Below are positions 28,647-38,893 of a stretch of 64,000 bases of DNA, piece by piece; the first letter of the stretch is position 1, and every line of letters begins with the position of its first letter. The stretch is from contig CASEYR010000001.1 in assembly GCA_949292205.1 (NCBI GenBank), positions 2,721 to 66,720 of the forward strand. The letters run 5' to 3'. Position numbers and translations under genes: made by a program. The notes beneath the pieces are model-generated. The model searched no databases. It had not been told where the DNA came from and was given only the letters and a program-made list of their open reading frames with translations. This DNA is from an uncultured Alphaproteobacteria bacterium. GTDB taxonomy: Bacteria; Pseudomonadota; Alphaproteobacteria; CAAHEQ01; UBA3637.

Positions 28647-30680
28647 ATGAAACATGATTTAGAAGTTTTATCAGGATTGCCTTATCCATTAGGAGCTAAT
28701 TTTGACGGGAACGGAGTTAACTTTGCTTTATTTTCCGCCCATGCTGAACGTGTGCAGGTCTGTTTATTTAATAAGAATGAAAATGGAGAAATTCGTATTG
28801 ATTTACCGAAGTATACGGATGAAGTTTTTCATGGATATATAAAAGGACTCAAGCCGGGGCAACTTTACGGATATCGAGTTTATGGTCCGTATGAGCCCGA
28901 GAAAGGACACCGATTCAATCATCACAAGTTATTGGTTGATCCATATGCCAAGATGTTAACAGCGCCATTTATCGGACATAATGCCATGTTAGGGTATCGT
29001 CCAGAATCCCCGCAAGCTGATTTGTCTTTTAGCCGTATTAATTCGGCACCGTATGTGCCAAAATGCATTGTGGTAGATGATAATGATTATAACTGGAAAT
29101 CTGTTTCAAAGCCCAAGTTGCCGTGGGATTCTGAAGTCATTTACGAAGCTCATTTAAAAGGTTTTACGGCGCGCAATCCGGACGTGGATGCGGCGTTACG
29201 CGGAACTTTTGCGGGCATGAGTGTTCCTAAAGTTGTTTCTTATTTAAAGAGCTTGGAAATTTCAGCGATTGAATTACTGCCGATAGCGGCTTTTATGACA
29301 AACGGCTTTTTGTTGGACAAGGGATTAACAAATTATTGGGGATATGACCCGATTAGTTTTATGTCTCCGCATGCATTATATTTGTCTCAAAGACGATTAG
29401 CTGAAATCAAGGATATGGTTCGTGTTTTTCATGAAGCGAACATAGAGGTTATTTTGGATGTTGTTTATAACCACACGGGCGAAGGTAACCAAATGGGGCA
29501 AACACTTTGCTATCGAGGAATTGATAATGCTGTTTATTATCGCCTGAATAAGGATAATCCAAGATATTATGATGATACGACGGGATGTGGTAACTCCTTT
29601 AATTTAGATCACCCAAGGGCTCTTCAACTTGTGATGGATTCTTTACGCTACTGGGCTGATATTATGCAGATAGATGGTTTCCGTTTTGATTTGGCAACGA
29701 CATTAGCTCGAGACGATAATAACCAGTATACCATTAACAGTGATTTTCTGGCAACGGTTCAGCAAGATCCGACATTACAACGCTTAAAGCTGATTGCCGA
29801 ACCATGGGACTTAGGGTGGGGAGGCTATCAAGTTGGTTCTTTCCGCCCTGGTTGGGCTGAGTGGAATGATAAGTTCCGAGATACGGTACGCCGTTTTTGG
29901 AAAGGAGATGAAGGACAGGCAGCCGATTTTGCCAGCCGTATAACCGGATCTTCGGATGTGTATGATAAGAAGGGGCGGAAGCCTTGGGAGAGTGTGAATT
30001 TTATTACGGCACACGATGGGTTTACACTGTATGATCTTGTGTCTTATAATACCAAGCACAATCAGGTAAATGGGGAAGAAAATCGGGATGGTTCAGATAA
30101 TAATAATTCATGGAATAGTGGAGCGGAAGGAGAAACAAAAGATAAAAATGTTTTGACTTTGCGTGAAAAGCGGGCGCGTGGATTAATGGCATCACTTTTG
30201 CTCTCTTTCGGTACGCCGATGATTCAAGCGGGAGACGAAGTGTTAAGAACATCTTTCGGCAATAATAATACGTATGCTCAAGATAATGTGTATTCTTGGA
30301 TTGATTGGACGAATGTAACTCCGGCCGGAAAACGAATGCAGGAATTAGTGAAAGATTTGATGCGTATTCGTCGAACTTACCCGATTATGGAAACAGACGA
30401 GTTTTTTGATAAAGAAGGCTTTATCTGGTATCGTCCGGATGGACAAGTGATGCAACATCAAGATTGGGTAGGATATGTGCGAGCTATTTCTTGTTGGATA
30501 AAAGGCGGGAAAAATAATTTGTTTTTTATTTTTAATGCCTATAATCAACCATTAACATGGACGTTGCCGACAGGTTATTGGAAAATGATATTGGATACAT
30601 CAAAAGAGGCGGTTTTTGATTCTCAAAAAGGAACAGCTCCGGCTTGGAGTGTTTTAGTTTTCAGGGAAGATGTGGCATGA
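28647..30680 (+). CDS. glgX: glycogen debranching enzyme (isoamylase-type, GH13)
   Basis: 677 aa with YPLGANFDGNGVNFALFS, DVVYNHT, GFRFDLA, EPWD and ITAHDGFTL. Confidence 0.9.
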   Translation: MKHDLEVLSGLPYPLGANFDGNGVNFALFSAHAERVQVCLFNKNENGEIRIDLPKYTDEVFHGYIKGLKPGQLYGYRVYGPYEPEKGHRFNHHKLLVDPYAKMLTAPFIGHNAMLGYRPESPQADLSFSRINSAPYVPKCIVVDDNDYNWKSVSKPKLPWDSEVIYEAHLKGFTARNPDVDAALRGTFAGMSVPKVVSYLKSLEISAIELLPIAAFMTNGFLLDKGLTNYWGYDPISFMSPHALYLSQRRLAEIKDMVRVFHEANIEVILDVVYNHTGEGNQMGQTLCYRGIDNAVYYRLNKDNPRYYDDTTGCGNSFNLDHPRALQLVMDSLRYWADIMQIDGFRFDLATTLARDDNNQYTINSDFLATVQQDPTLQRLKLIAEPWDLGWGGYQVGSFRPGWAEWNDKFRDTVRRFWKGDEGQAADFASRITGSSDVYDKKGRKPWESVNFITAHDGFTLYDLVSYNTKHNQVNGEENRDGSDNNNSWNSGAEGETKDKNVLTLREKRARGLMASLLLSFGTPMIQAGDEVLRTSFGNNNTYAQDNVYSWIDWTNVTPAGKRMQELVKDLMRIRRTYPIMETDEFFDKEGFIWYRPDGQVMQHQDWVGYVRAISCWIKGGKNNLFFIFNAYNQPLTWTLPTGYWKMILDTSKEAVFDSQKGTAPAWSVLVFREDVA

Positions 30681-32893
30681 GTGCATTGGAGCTTTTATGT
30701 GAAAAACTGGGTATATGGAGTTCTTTTTCGGATAATGGTCAGGTATATCTGACAGATACAAAAACCAAAAAAACTTTGTGTCGTGCGCTGGGATATCCGG
30801 CAGATACGGTATCAGAGATTGAAAACTCTTTGTCTCGTTTTGAAGACGAACGATTTGAAAACTTTGTTTTGCCCGTTCAAGTTGTGCGTGAGTGGGAACT
30901 GACGCCTTTTTCATTGGATATAGTTACTCTATCGACCGAAGATGAAGAATCTGTTATTGCTTGGTTTTTAACGTGTGAAGATGGTGAAACGGTTAGTGGT
31001 CAACAGTTATTAAAGGAAACACCGCTTCTTGAAACAAGAATTGTTAAAGGAAAAGAGTATCAACGCAGGCGATTGTCATTTATGTTAGATGTCCCTTTAG
31101 GGTATCATTCAATGACATTCCTATTAAACGATAAAAAGCCGGAATCAAATGCAACGCTTCGTTTAATTGTAGTTCCAAATACATGTTATGTTCCGGATAC
31201 GCTTCAAAAAGGATATCGTATGTGGGGTATTCCTTTGCAACTATATGCGATGTCATCATCTCATAATTGGGGTATGGGAGATTTCACAGATCTTAAAAAC
31301 TTCCAATCTATCGCCACTCATTTGCAGGCATCTATCGTAGGCGTTAATCCGTTAAATGCGTTGTTTCCGGATAGTCCGAAAGATGCCAGTCCTTATTTTA
31401 CATCATCACGATTGTTTTTAAACCCGCTCTATATTGATACGGATGCCATTCCAGAGGCAGAAACAGTTACATCCTATACGCAGTATTTGAAATCGCCCCG
31501 TTTTATAGAGCTTGTAACAGCTTCCAAGTCATCGGATACAGTAGAGTATGAATATCTGGCTGAAATGAAGTATACGGCTCTGGGTATTTTATATGATGCT
31601 TTTAAAAATCTTCATTTAACGAATGATTTTCAGGCGATTACGCCTCGCGGACAGTCTTTTCTTGACTTTTGTGAAGCAGCAGATCCCTATTTGACGGAGT
31701 TTGCTACTTTCCATGTTTTGCGTAGTTATTTTTTTAGTAAGGGTAAAGACGCTGATTGGCATACATGGTCAAAAGCTTACAAGACACCTAATACGTCCTT
31801 TGTTAAAACTTTTCAAGAAAAATATGCGGATAGTATTTGGTTTATTCGTTTTCAGCAATTTATTGCGTTTGAACAATTTGAAGAAGTTCGTAAAGTATAT
31901 GATACACCGGATATTCCGATTGGGCTATATACGGATTTACCGGTAGGTGTCAGTCATCACAGTGCCGAAGTGTGGTCAAATCAAGATTTATTTTTAAAAG
32001 ACATTTCTGTCGGAGCACCTCCTGATGTTTTTAATCCGAAAGGTCAAGATTGGGCGTTGGCAGCATTTAACCCTATTATGATGAAGAAGACAAGCTATGA
32101 CTTTTTCATTCGCATTATTCGGAATGTTATGCGTCCGGCGGGAGCGGTTCGCATAGACCATGCTTTTTCGTTGATGCGTCTTTTTTTGCGTGTGTCTGGT
32201 GGCAGTGGCGCTTATTTAAGCTATCCGTTTTCTGATTTGCTGGGAATTATCGCTTTAGAAAGTGTGCGTAATAAAACTTTGGTTATCGGTGAGGATTTAG
32301 GAGTCGTTCCGCCCGGTTTTATGGAAGTAATGGCTCAAGCTAACGTCTTATCATTTCGTATCTTTCATTACCAAAAGTATGGAAATACATTGATGCCTCC
32401 CAAGGCATATGAACATCGATGCTTGGTTGTTGCGGGAACACACGATATGCCAACCTATGCAGCCTTTTGGGAAGGGTTGGATTTAGATTTAAAACGGCGA
32501 TTAAAGTTGATAACCTCCCAACAATATGATAAAGCAATCGCAGAAAGACAAGAAGAACGACTACAATTTCAGAATGCTTTTATTGCTGAAGGTTTGTTGC
32601 CTGAAGCGAGTAGGGAAGAATCACAATTAACATCTGAATTACCAGAGTGGTTTATTCCGAATACATATGCGTATTTGGCAAGATCATCAAGTTTGTTACT
32701 TATGGCGCGATTAGAGGATATGGTAGAGCAAATAGAACAAGTTAATGTTCCCGGAACATACCTGAATTATCCGAATTGGCGATATAAGTTACCAGTGTTA
32801 TTAGAGAATATTTCAACGGATGAACGAATACTTCGAGTATGCCAAGTTATCCAAAAAGAACGTCCGTTTTCGGAGGAAAACAGAAATGGATAA
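30677..32893 (+). CDS. malQ: 4-alpha-glucanotransferase (amylomaltase, GH77)
   Basis: 738 aa from MSALELLCEKLGI. It has a long N-terminal extension like E. coli MalQ and GH77 motifs (DLPVGV, RIDHAFSLMR, VIGEDLGVVP, THD). The ATG overlaps the glgX stop (ATGA). Confidence 0.9.
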   Translation: MSALELLCEKLGIWSSFSDNGQVYLTDTKTKKTLCRALGYPADTVSEIENSLSRFEDERFENFVLPVQVVREWELTPFSLDIVTLSTEDEESVIAWFLTCEDGETVSGQQLLKETPLLETRIVKGKEYQRRRLSFMLDVPLGYHSMTFLLNDKKPESNATLRLIVVPNTCYVPDTLQKGYRMWGIPLQLYAMSSSHNWGMGDFTDLKNFQSIATHLQASIVGVNPLNALFPDSPKDASPYFTSSRLFLNPLYIDTDAIPEAETVTSYTQYLKSPRFIELVTASKSSDTVEYEYLAEMKYTALGILYDAFKNLHLTNDFQAITPRGQSFLDFCEAADPYLTEFATFHVLRSYFFSKGKDADWHTWSKAYKTPNTSFVKTFQEKYADSIWFIRFQQFIAFEQFEEVRKVYDTPDIPIGLYTDLPVGVSHHSAEVWSNQDLFLKDISVGAPPDVFNPKGQDWALAAFNPIMMKKTSYDFFIRIIRNVMRPAGAVRIDHAFSLMRLFLRVSGGSGAYLSYPFSDLLGIIALESVRNKTLVIGEDLGVVPPGFMEVMAQANVLSFRIFHYQKYGNTLMPPKAYEHRCLVVAGTHDMPTYAAFWEGLDLDLKRRLKLITSQQYDKAIAERQEERLQFQNAFIAEGLLPEASREESQLTSELPEWFIPNTYAYLARSSSLLLMARLEDMVEQIEQVNVPGTYLNYPNWRYKLPVLLENISTDERILRVCQVIQKERPFSEENRNG

Positions 32894-33611
32894 ATATAAA
32901 AAAACGTATATAATCAAAAGTTATGAATGCGATATTAAAGCAAAGCTGCGCATTAGAAGTTTGTTTAACTTATTTCAAGATATGGCAGATGAGCATGCTG
33001 ACAAGATGGGGTTGGGGTATCACTATTGTCATGAGCGTGGAATCGGTTGGATTGGTGGTGGGTACCATGTCGAGATTAAAAAATTGCCAACATGGGGGGA
33101 TATGATAACAATTGAAACATGGCCCTCGGGAATGACGGCGGCAACCGGTATTCGTGATTTTCAAGTCAAAGATGATAAGGGGCGTATATTAGTTAATGCA
33201 ACCAGTCAGTGGGTATTAGTTGATATGAAGCGAATGAGGCCGATACCGGTTGCAAAGCATTTACCATCTTATGAATTGCTAAATGAACATGCTTTGGTTT
33301 CTGAATTTAATAAAATAATTCCAGTGGAAGGGACACCAAGCATTATTTCCTTTCCCGTTCATGTAGATGATATTGATTTAAATGCTCATGTGAATAACGC
33401 CCTGTATCCGACTTGGGTTATGGATACCGTGTCCGAGTTGTCTTTAGATAATCATTATCCAAGTGAGATTCAAGTTAATTTTAAACATCCCGCAAAGTAT
33501 GGAGACGTGATTCGCATCAAGACATATCACACAGATTTAACAACTGTTCATTTGCTTGAAAATGCGAATGATACAACCGAATTTGCGCGCATTTGTGTGC
33601 GATGGTCTTGA
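32886..33611 (+). CDS. acyl-ACP thioesterase (FatA/FatB-type, tandem hotdog)
   Basis: 241 aa from MDKYKKTYIIKSYECD. It shows the typical pattern (LFQDMADEHA, WPSG..., DIDLNAHVNNALY). The start overlaps the malQ end by 8 nt. Confidence 0.7.
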   Translation: MDKYKKTYIIKSYECDIKAKLRIRSLFNLFQDMADEHADKMGLGYHYCHERGIGWIGGGYHVEIKKLPTWGDMITIETWPSGMTAATGIRDFQVKDDKGRILVNATSQWVLVDMKRMRPIPVAKHLPSYELLNEHALVSEFNKIIPVEGTPSIISFPVHVDDIDLNAHVNNALYPTWVMDTVSELSLDNHYPSEIQVNFKHPAKYGDVIRIKTYHTDLTTVHLLENANDTTEFARICVRWS

Positions 33612-33636
33612 TTTTATAATCAAAAAGAGGTATACT
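33608..33636 (+). promoter_or_regulatory. sigma70-like promoter upstream of hfq (TTGATT-17-TATACT)
   Basis: TTGATT at 33608-33613, a 17-nt spacer, then TATACT at 33631-33636. Confidence 0.45.
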
Positions 33637-33662
33637 CTTTCTCCAAAAGAAAGGGTATAAAA

Positions 33663-33872
33663 ATGTCAAATATAGAAACGACTTATATTGATAAGTTAAT
33701 TTCAGGCAAGCATGCTGTTACGGTTTTTTTGGTTTGCGGTGTCAAGTTGCAAGGTATTTTGACGCATGCGGATGAAACAACGGTATTATTGAGACGGGAT
33801 GCTCATTGTCAGCTTATTTATAAGCATGCCATTTCAACAATTATGCCGGTTGAGCCGGTACTTCCGGATTAA
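33663..33872 (+). CDS. hfq: RNA chaperone Hfq
   Basis: 69 aa with Sm1 (VTVFLVCGVKLQG) and Sm2 (YKHAISTIMP). It has essentially no C-terminal tail. Confidence 0.9.
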   Translation: MSNIETTYIDKLISGKHAVTVFLVCGVKLQGILTHADETTVLLRRDAHCQLIYKHAISTIMPVEPVLPD

Positions 33873-33877
33873 AGGAT

Positions 33878-35164
33878 TTGACTTTGACACAACAAAAAGC
33901 CATTGTTATTCTACCGTATTCTAAACAGGAGGAGGCTTCTCCCAGATCTCCGCAAGCACGTTTATCCGAAGCTGTCTCTTTGACACAAGCCATAGATTTA
34001 GATGTTGTTTGGCAAGAAGCCGTTTCTTTACGTGAGATTAAAGCCAATGCTTTTTTGGGCAAAGGGACGATAGAGCGGTTTGCTCCGATTATTCGTGATA
34101 ATCAAGTAGACGTTGTTATAATGGCTTGTGTTTTATCACCGTTGCAACAGCGTAACTTGGAAAAGGCATGGCACACAAAAGTTATTGATAAAACAGCCTT
34201 GATTTTAGAGATATTCGGACAACGAGCCCGAACCAAGGAAGGTGTTTTACAGGTTGAATTAGCTCATTTAACGTATGCGCGTTCTCGTTTGGTTCGTTCG
34301 TGGACACACTTGGAACGTCAGCGAGGCGGCTCCGGATTTTTAGGTGGCCCCGGTGAAACACAGATAGAGTTGGACAGACGTTTAATTGATGATGATATTA
34401 TTAAGATAAAGAAAGAGCTTAATGAGGTTAAAAAGACGCGAGAATTACATCGGCGAGCCCGTCGTCGCGTTCCATTTCCGATTGTTGCTTTGGTAGGCTA
34501 TACAAATGCCGGAAAATCGACTTTGTTCAACTATCTGACCAAAGCGGAAGTTTTTGCAAAAGATATGTTGTTTGCGACACTTGATCCGACGATGAGGCAT
34601 GTTCGACTACCTGGGGGAACAGATGTTATTTTATCCGATACGGTTGGTTTCGTTTCCGATTTGCCGACCGAGCTGGTTATGGCCTTTCGAGCGACATTAG
34701 AGGAGGTTTTAGAGGCTGATATTATTGTTCATGTGCGGGATTTTTCTCATCCCGATACCGAGGCTCAAAAGAAAGATGTTGAATCGGTTTTATCCGATTT
34801 AGGAGTAAAAGATAAAGTCGATAACGGGCTGATAGAGGTTTTAAACAAGATAGATTTATTGGATGAATCAGAGCAAGAGCGTATTTTTAACCAGAAAAAG
34901 CGGTTTACGAATGAATGGCCTATTTCAGCGAAAATAGGGCAGGGGATAGAGGCTTTTTTGCATCGCATAGAGCAAGAACTACAAAAAGATTATCAGACAA
35001 TAGATATCGTTATTCCCATTGAAAGAGGAGATTTATTAGCTGCTTTGTATCGTAAAGGGCAAATTTTAGAACGGAAAGATACAGAGGAAGAGATTCATCT
35101 GCGTGTTTGTTTGCCTCCGAAAGAAGCAATTGTTTTTCAGAGTTATGAAAGGAACAAGAAATGA
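33878..35164 (+). CDS. hflX: GTPase HflX
   Basis: 428 aa with TTG start after AAAGGA; the N-terminus KAIVILPY fits HflX. It also has GGPGETQIELDRR, G1 GYTNAGKST and DTVGF. It occupies the conserved position after hfq. Confidence 0.9.
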   Translation: MTLTQQKAIVILPYSKQEEASPRSPQARLSEAVSLTQAIDLDVVWQEAVSLREIKANAFLGKGTIERFAPIIRDNQVDVVIMACVLSPLQQRNLEKAWHTKVIDKTALILEIFGQRARTKEGVLQVELAHLTYARSRLVRSWTHLERQRGGSGFLGGPGETQIELDRRLIDDDIIKIKKELNEVKKTRELHRRARRRVPFPIVALVGYTNAGKSTLFNYLTKAEVFAKDMLFATLDPTMRHVRLPGGTDVILSDTVGFVSDLPTELVMAFRATLEEVLEADIIVHVRDFSHPDTEAQKKDVESVLSDLGVKDKVDNGLIEVLNKIDLLDESEQERIFNQKKRFTNEWPISAKIGQGIEAFLHRIEQELQKDYQTIDIVIPIERGDLLAALYRKGQILERKDTEEEIHLRVCLPPKEAIVFQSYERNKK

Positions 35165-35547
35165 CATTAACGGCTCAATTTACAAGACGTAAAGAAGATT
35201 TTACCTGTGATGTATGTGAAACGGACGTCAAGGGGAACGGATATACAAATCATTGTCCGGAATGTTTATCCAGCAAGCATGTAGATATCAATCCGGGGGA
35301 CAGAGCCTCTCCCTGTAAGGGGACAATGTTAGCTGTTTCATTAGAAAGCAAGAACGGACAACAGTATATTGTGCATAAATGTGAAAAATGTGGTTTTGTT
35401 CGTCGTAATAAAGTAGCTCCGAACGATAATTTTAATGCGATATTGGCTTTATCTAATGGAACCATAGACGCCTATCGGCAAGAGCTTATTTTAAGAAAGC
35501 GACTAGAAAAGCAACTTTTAGTTAACGTCAAGCAATCAACACGTTAA
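35161..35547 (+). CDS. RNHCP-domain zinc-ribbon protein
   Basis: 128 aa with FTCDVCE, YTNHCPECL (the RNHCP signature) and HKCEKCG. Its ATGA overlaps the hflX stop. Confidence 0.6.
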   Translation: MTLTAQFTRRKEDFTCDVCETDVKGNGYTNHCPECLSSKHVDINPGDRASPCKGTMLAVSLESKNGQQYIVHKCEKCGFVRRNKVAPNDNFNAILALSNGTIDAYRQELILRKRLEKQLLVNVKQSTR

Positions 35548-35587
35548 GATTTTCATTGCTAGCGTAATTTATATCAAGTGAATATCC

Positions 35588-36940
35588 TTATTTTTTCACT
35601 TTTCTGTGATTGATAATGGATTTTTTCCAATAGCCTTGATAGAAATAGAACAAGGACATTAAGATTTGAGGAATAGTTGCTAATGGGAGAGCAAAACCGG
35701 CTTGAAAAAGAGTCGTTGCTTTTGATATTAACGGGATTCTAAAAAGCAGAGTTGAGATCAAGTTATTTGTCATTGTAAATGTTGTTCGTCCACATCCATT
35801 TAGGAAGGCATTTAAACAAAAGACAAGACTTAAGAGGATACAATCCGGACTGTATGCCAAAATAAAATCAGAACCGGCTTGAATAATATCGGAATTATCC
35901 GTAACCAACCGCATAACAAACGGAGCGTGATAGTATAAAACATAGAACGAAGGCGCTCCAAAACAGAGAGCCATCAAAAAACCGGTATAAAAAGTTTCTT
36001 TTGCACGTCTTAATTGTCTGGCGCCAATGTTTTGTGCCGTCATAACGGAGACGGCAGAGGCAAAAGCCAGTGAAGGCATAATCATAAACCCATCTATTTT
36101 AGTCGTGACACCAACAGCAGCCGAAGCGATGACACCCATTTTATTGACGATAGCGGTCATGATGGTGAATGAGGTAAAAATAACAGTTTGTTGAATAGCT
36201 GACGGGATTCCAAGTTTTAAAATTTTCTTTGCTTTTTCAGGGTAAAATCTAAAGCTCTTAATGGAAAAGTCAAAGATAAACTTTCTGTGCCGTAAATACA
36301 GAACCGCAACAAGAACACTAAAAGCTTGAGATATAACCGTTGCTGCAGCGGCACCGGCAGCTCCCCATTTAAAGACAGCCACAAAAAGCAGATCTAAAAT
36401 GATATTCATAAGACAAGCCGTTGCAATAAACTTTAACGGATTTTTTGAATCTCCCAATCCTCGTAAAATAGCGCTGATAGACTCATAAGCGAAAGTAAAA
36501 ATCAAGCCTCCGCCACAAATCATAATATAATGACTTGCTGCCTGAAAAGCCTCCGGAGGGGTTTCCAAAAGAGCCGTTATCGGTTTTGCAAAAATTAACA
36601 TAAAAATAGAACCGAGGAAGGCAGTTATAGCAAACAAAGAAAAAACGGTTTGAATGGTTTCGATAACGTCCTGTTCTTGTTTTGCCCCGAAGTATTGTCC
36701 GATTAAGATCGTTCCGCCCAAGGTTAGCCCGATTGCCAAAGCCATCATTGTAAAAACGGCTTGAGCTCCCGTAGCCGTAGCAGCCAAAGCAGATGGGCTT
36801 GCAAAATAGCTGACGATAAAGACATCAACCGCGCCATAAAGAGCGACCAAAAAATTAGCCCCCAAATAAGGAAGAGCAAATTTTAAAAGAGTCTTTGCGA
36901 TATGACCGTCGGTCAGACGATGAGCGTCTGGAGATAACAT
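35588..36940 (-). CDS. MATE-family efflux transporter
   Basis: 450 aa from MLSPDAHRL, with 12 predicted TM helices and the typical N-terminus (LLKFALPYLGANFL). Confidence 0.85.
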   Translation of the reverse strand: MLSPDAHRLTDGHIAKTLLKFALPYLGANFLVALYGAVDVFIVSYFASPSALAATATGAQAVFTMMALAIGLTLGGTILIGQYFGAKQEQDVIETIQTVFSLFAITAFLGSIFMLIFAKPITALLETPPEAFQAASHYIMICGGGLIFTFAYESISAILRGLGDSKNPLKFIATACLMNIILDLLFVAVFKWGAAGAAAATVISQAFSVLVAVLYLRHRKFIFDFSIKSFRFYPEKAKKILKLGIPSAIQQTVIFTSFTIMTAIVNKMGVIASAAVGVTTKIDGFMIMPSLAFASAVSVMTAQNIGARQLRRAKETFYTGFLMALCFGAPSFYVLYYHAPFVMRLVTDNSDIIQAGSDFILAYSPDCILLSLVFCLNAFLNGCGRTTFTMTNNLISTLLFRIPLISKATTLFQAGFALPLATIPQILMSLFYFYQGYWKKSIINHRKVKK

Positions 36941-37035
36941 ACTGTTTTCCTTTCTGAGGTTATATATCACTTAAGCGATGAATGGTCAAGAAAAAACTTG
37001 TTTTTTTGAATTTTTCTGATAGTATTTCGGATAAG

Positions 37036-38868
37036 ATGATAGATATAAATGATGTTACGGTTCGTATTGGCTCCCGTGTTTTATTAGACCATGCTTCTTT
37101 GCATATTTCTGATGGACAGCGGGTTGGTATTGTTGGATTGAACGGTTGTGGCAAATCAACCCTCTTTCGAGTATTACGTAATGAAATGGACATTGAAACA
37201 GGTCAAATTTCATTTCCGAACAAAGCCCGAGTTGTTTCTGTTACGCAAGAGTTTGCATGTACGGATATTCCGATTTTAGAGTATGTTTTATCACATGATA
37301 TAGAGTTGGAACGATTAAGACAAGCCTTATCACAGGCCACGGATATTGAACGTCCGGATATTTTAGAGCGGTGGCAATTGATTAACGGAGATGCCGCTCC
37401 GGCAAAGGCGGCTCAAATTTTGAACGGATTAGGTTTTAAAGAGGCTGATTTAACAAAACCAATGTCAGAGTTTTCCGGTGGTTGGCGGATGCGATTGGCT
37501 CTGGCAGCCGCTTTATTTCAGCCCTCTACGATTTTGCTTTTAGACGAGCCGACAAACCATTTAGATTTAGAATCAACGTTATGGTTATTGAATCATCTGA
37601 AAAAGTACACGGGGACGTTGATTTTAGTCAGTCACGACCGCGTCATTTTAAACGAATTGTGTGACCATATTGTTCATTTTGATCGTCAGAAGTTAACGCT
37701 ATATACAGGCAATTACGATACATTTCAAACAACCTATGCCGCACAACTTGATTTATTGGCGAAACAAATAGCGCGTCAGGCTCAAAAGAAAGCGCATTTA
37801 CAATCATTTGTTGATCGGTTTAGATATAAGGCTACCAAGGCAAAACAAGCGCAGAGCCGTTTAAAACAACTGGAAAAGATGGCGGATTTACCCGATTTAC
37901 CGGGAAAAGTCGAATCTCATTTTGAATTTCCGAAACCGACTAAATTAGCGCCACCGTTAATAACATTAGATAGTGTTAGTGTCGGTTATAGAGATAAAGA
38001 AGTTTTAAAGAACTTGTCTTTTTCCATTGGAGCGCATGATCGTATAGCCTTAATGGGTGCAAATGGAAACGGTAAATCAACGCTGGCAAAACTACTTGTC
38101 GGACGTTTGGAACCGATGGCGGGGAATATACGTCGCTCGTCGCAATTAAGTATTGGTTATTTTGCTCAACATCAAACAGAAGAACTACCTTTAAGCTTGA
38201 CTCCGTTATTGTTTATGTCAAAACTGCTGCCCGAAGTAACGGAAACAAAATTAAGGACACATTTAGCACGATTTGGATTGACGGGAGAAAGAGCTTTGAC
38301 ACGGATTGAGTATTTATCCGGCGGTGAAAAAGCACGCCTGCTATTTGCGCAAATGACGATTCACGATCCCGCTCTTTTAATTTTGGACGAACCGACGAAC
38401 CACTTGGATATTCAAGGACGAGAAGCTTTAATAGATGCTCTGAACGAGTACGGTGGCAGTGTGATTTTAATCGCACATGATTTGAATTTAATCGAGCTGG
38501 TAGCAGATGATCTTTGGTTAGTTCAAGACAGAAAATGTTGTCCTTTTGAGGGTGATTTAGAGGCCTATAAAAATCAAATTCTGAATCTCCCTTCTGAAAA
38601 ACCAATCAAAAAAGAGCCACGTGTTCCTGAAAAAAATACGCACAAAACCCATGCGTCAGCCGAAATACGTCAGGTTAAAGCCAAAATGGGATTATTAGAG
38701 AAGGAATTAGAAAAATTAAGTCTTCACAAGACCGATCTGGAAAAATCTTTTGAAACACCATTAAGTGCAGAGCAAATTCGTCAAACAACGGAAGAATTAA
38801 AAGTTTTGAATGTAAAAATAACTGAAATAGAAGAAAAATGGCTTGAATTATCCGAGAAAATTGTATAA
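37036..38868 (+). CDS. ABC-F family ATPase (two ABC domains, no TM domain)
   Basis: Two Walker A sites (GLNGCGKST, GANGNGKST), two signatures (FSGGWRMR, LSGGEKAR), an inter-domain linker and a C-terminal coiled coil. Confidence 0.85.
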   Translation: MIDINDVTVRIGSRVLLDHASLHISDGQRVGIVGLNGCGKSTLFRVLRNEMDIETGQISFPNKARVVSVTQEFACTDIPILEYVLSHDIELERLRQALSQATDIERPDILERWQLINGDAAPAKAAQILNGLGFKEADLTKPMSEFSGGWRMRLALAAALFQPSTILLLDEPTNHLDLESTLWLLNHLKKYTGTLILVSHDRVILNELCDHIVHFDRQKLTLYTGNYDTFQTTYAAQLDLLAKQIARQAQKKAHLQSFVDRFRYKATKAKQAQSRLKQLEKMADLPDLPGKVESHFEFPKPTKLAPPLITLDSVSVGYRDKEVLKNLSFSIGAHDRIALMGANGNGKSTLAKLLVGRLEPMAGNIRRSSQLSIGYFAQHQTEELPLSLTPLLFMSKLLPEVTETKLRTHLARFGLTGERALTRIEYLSGGEKARLLFAQMTIHDPALLILDEPTNHLDIQGREALIDALNEYGGSVILIAHDLNLIELVADDLWLVQDRKCCPFEGDLEAYKNQILNLPSEKPIKKEPRVPEKNTHKTHASAEIRQVKAKMGLLEKELEKLSLHKTDLEKSFETPLSAEQIRQTTEELKVLNVKITEIEEKWLELSEKIV

Positions 38869-38893
38869 TCCTATTTATTGTAGGAGGTCTATT

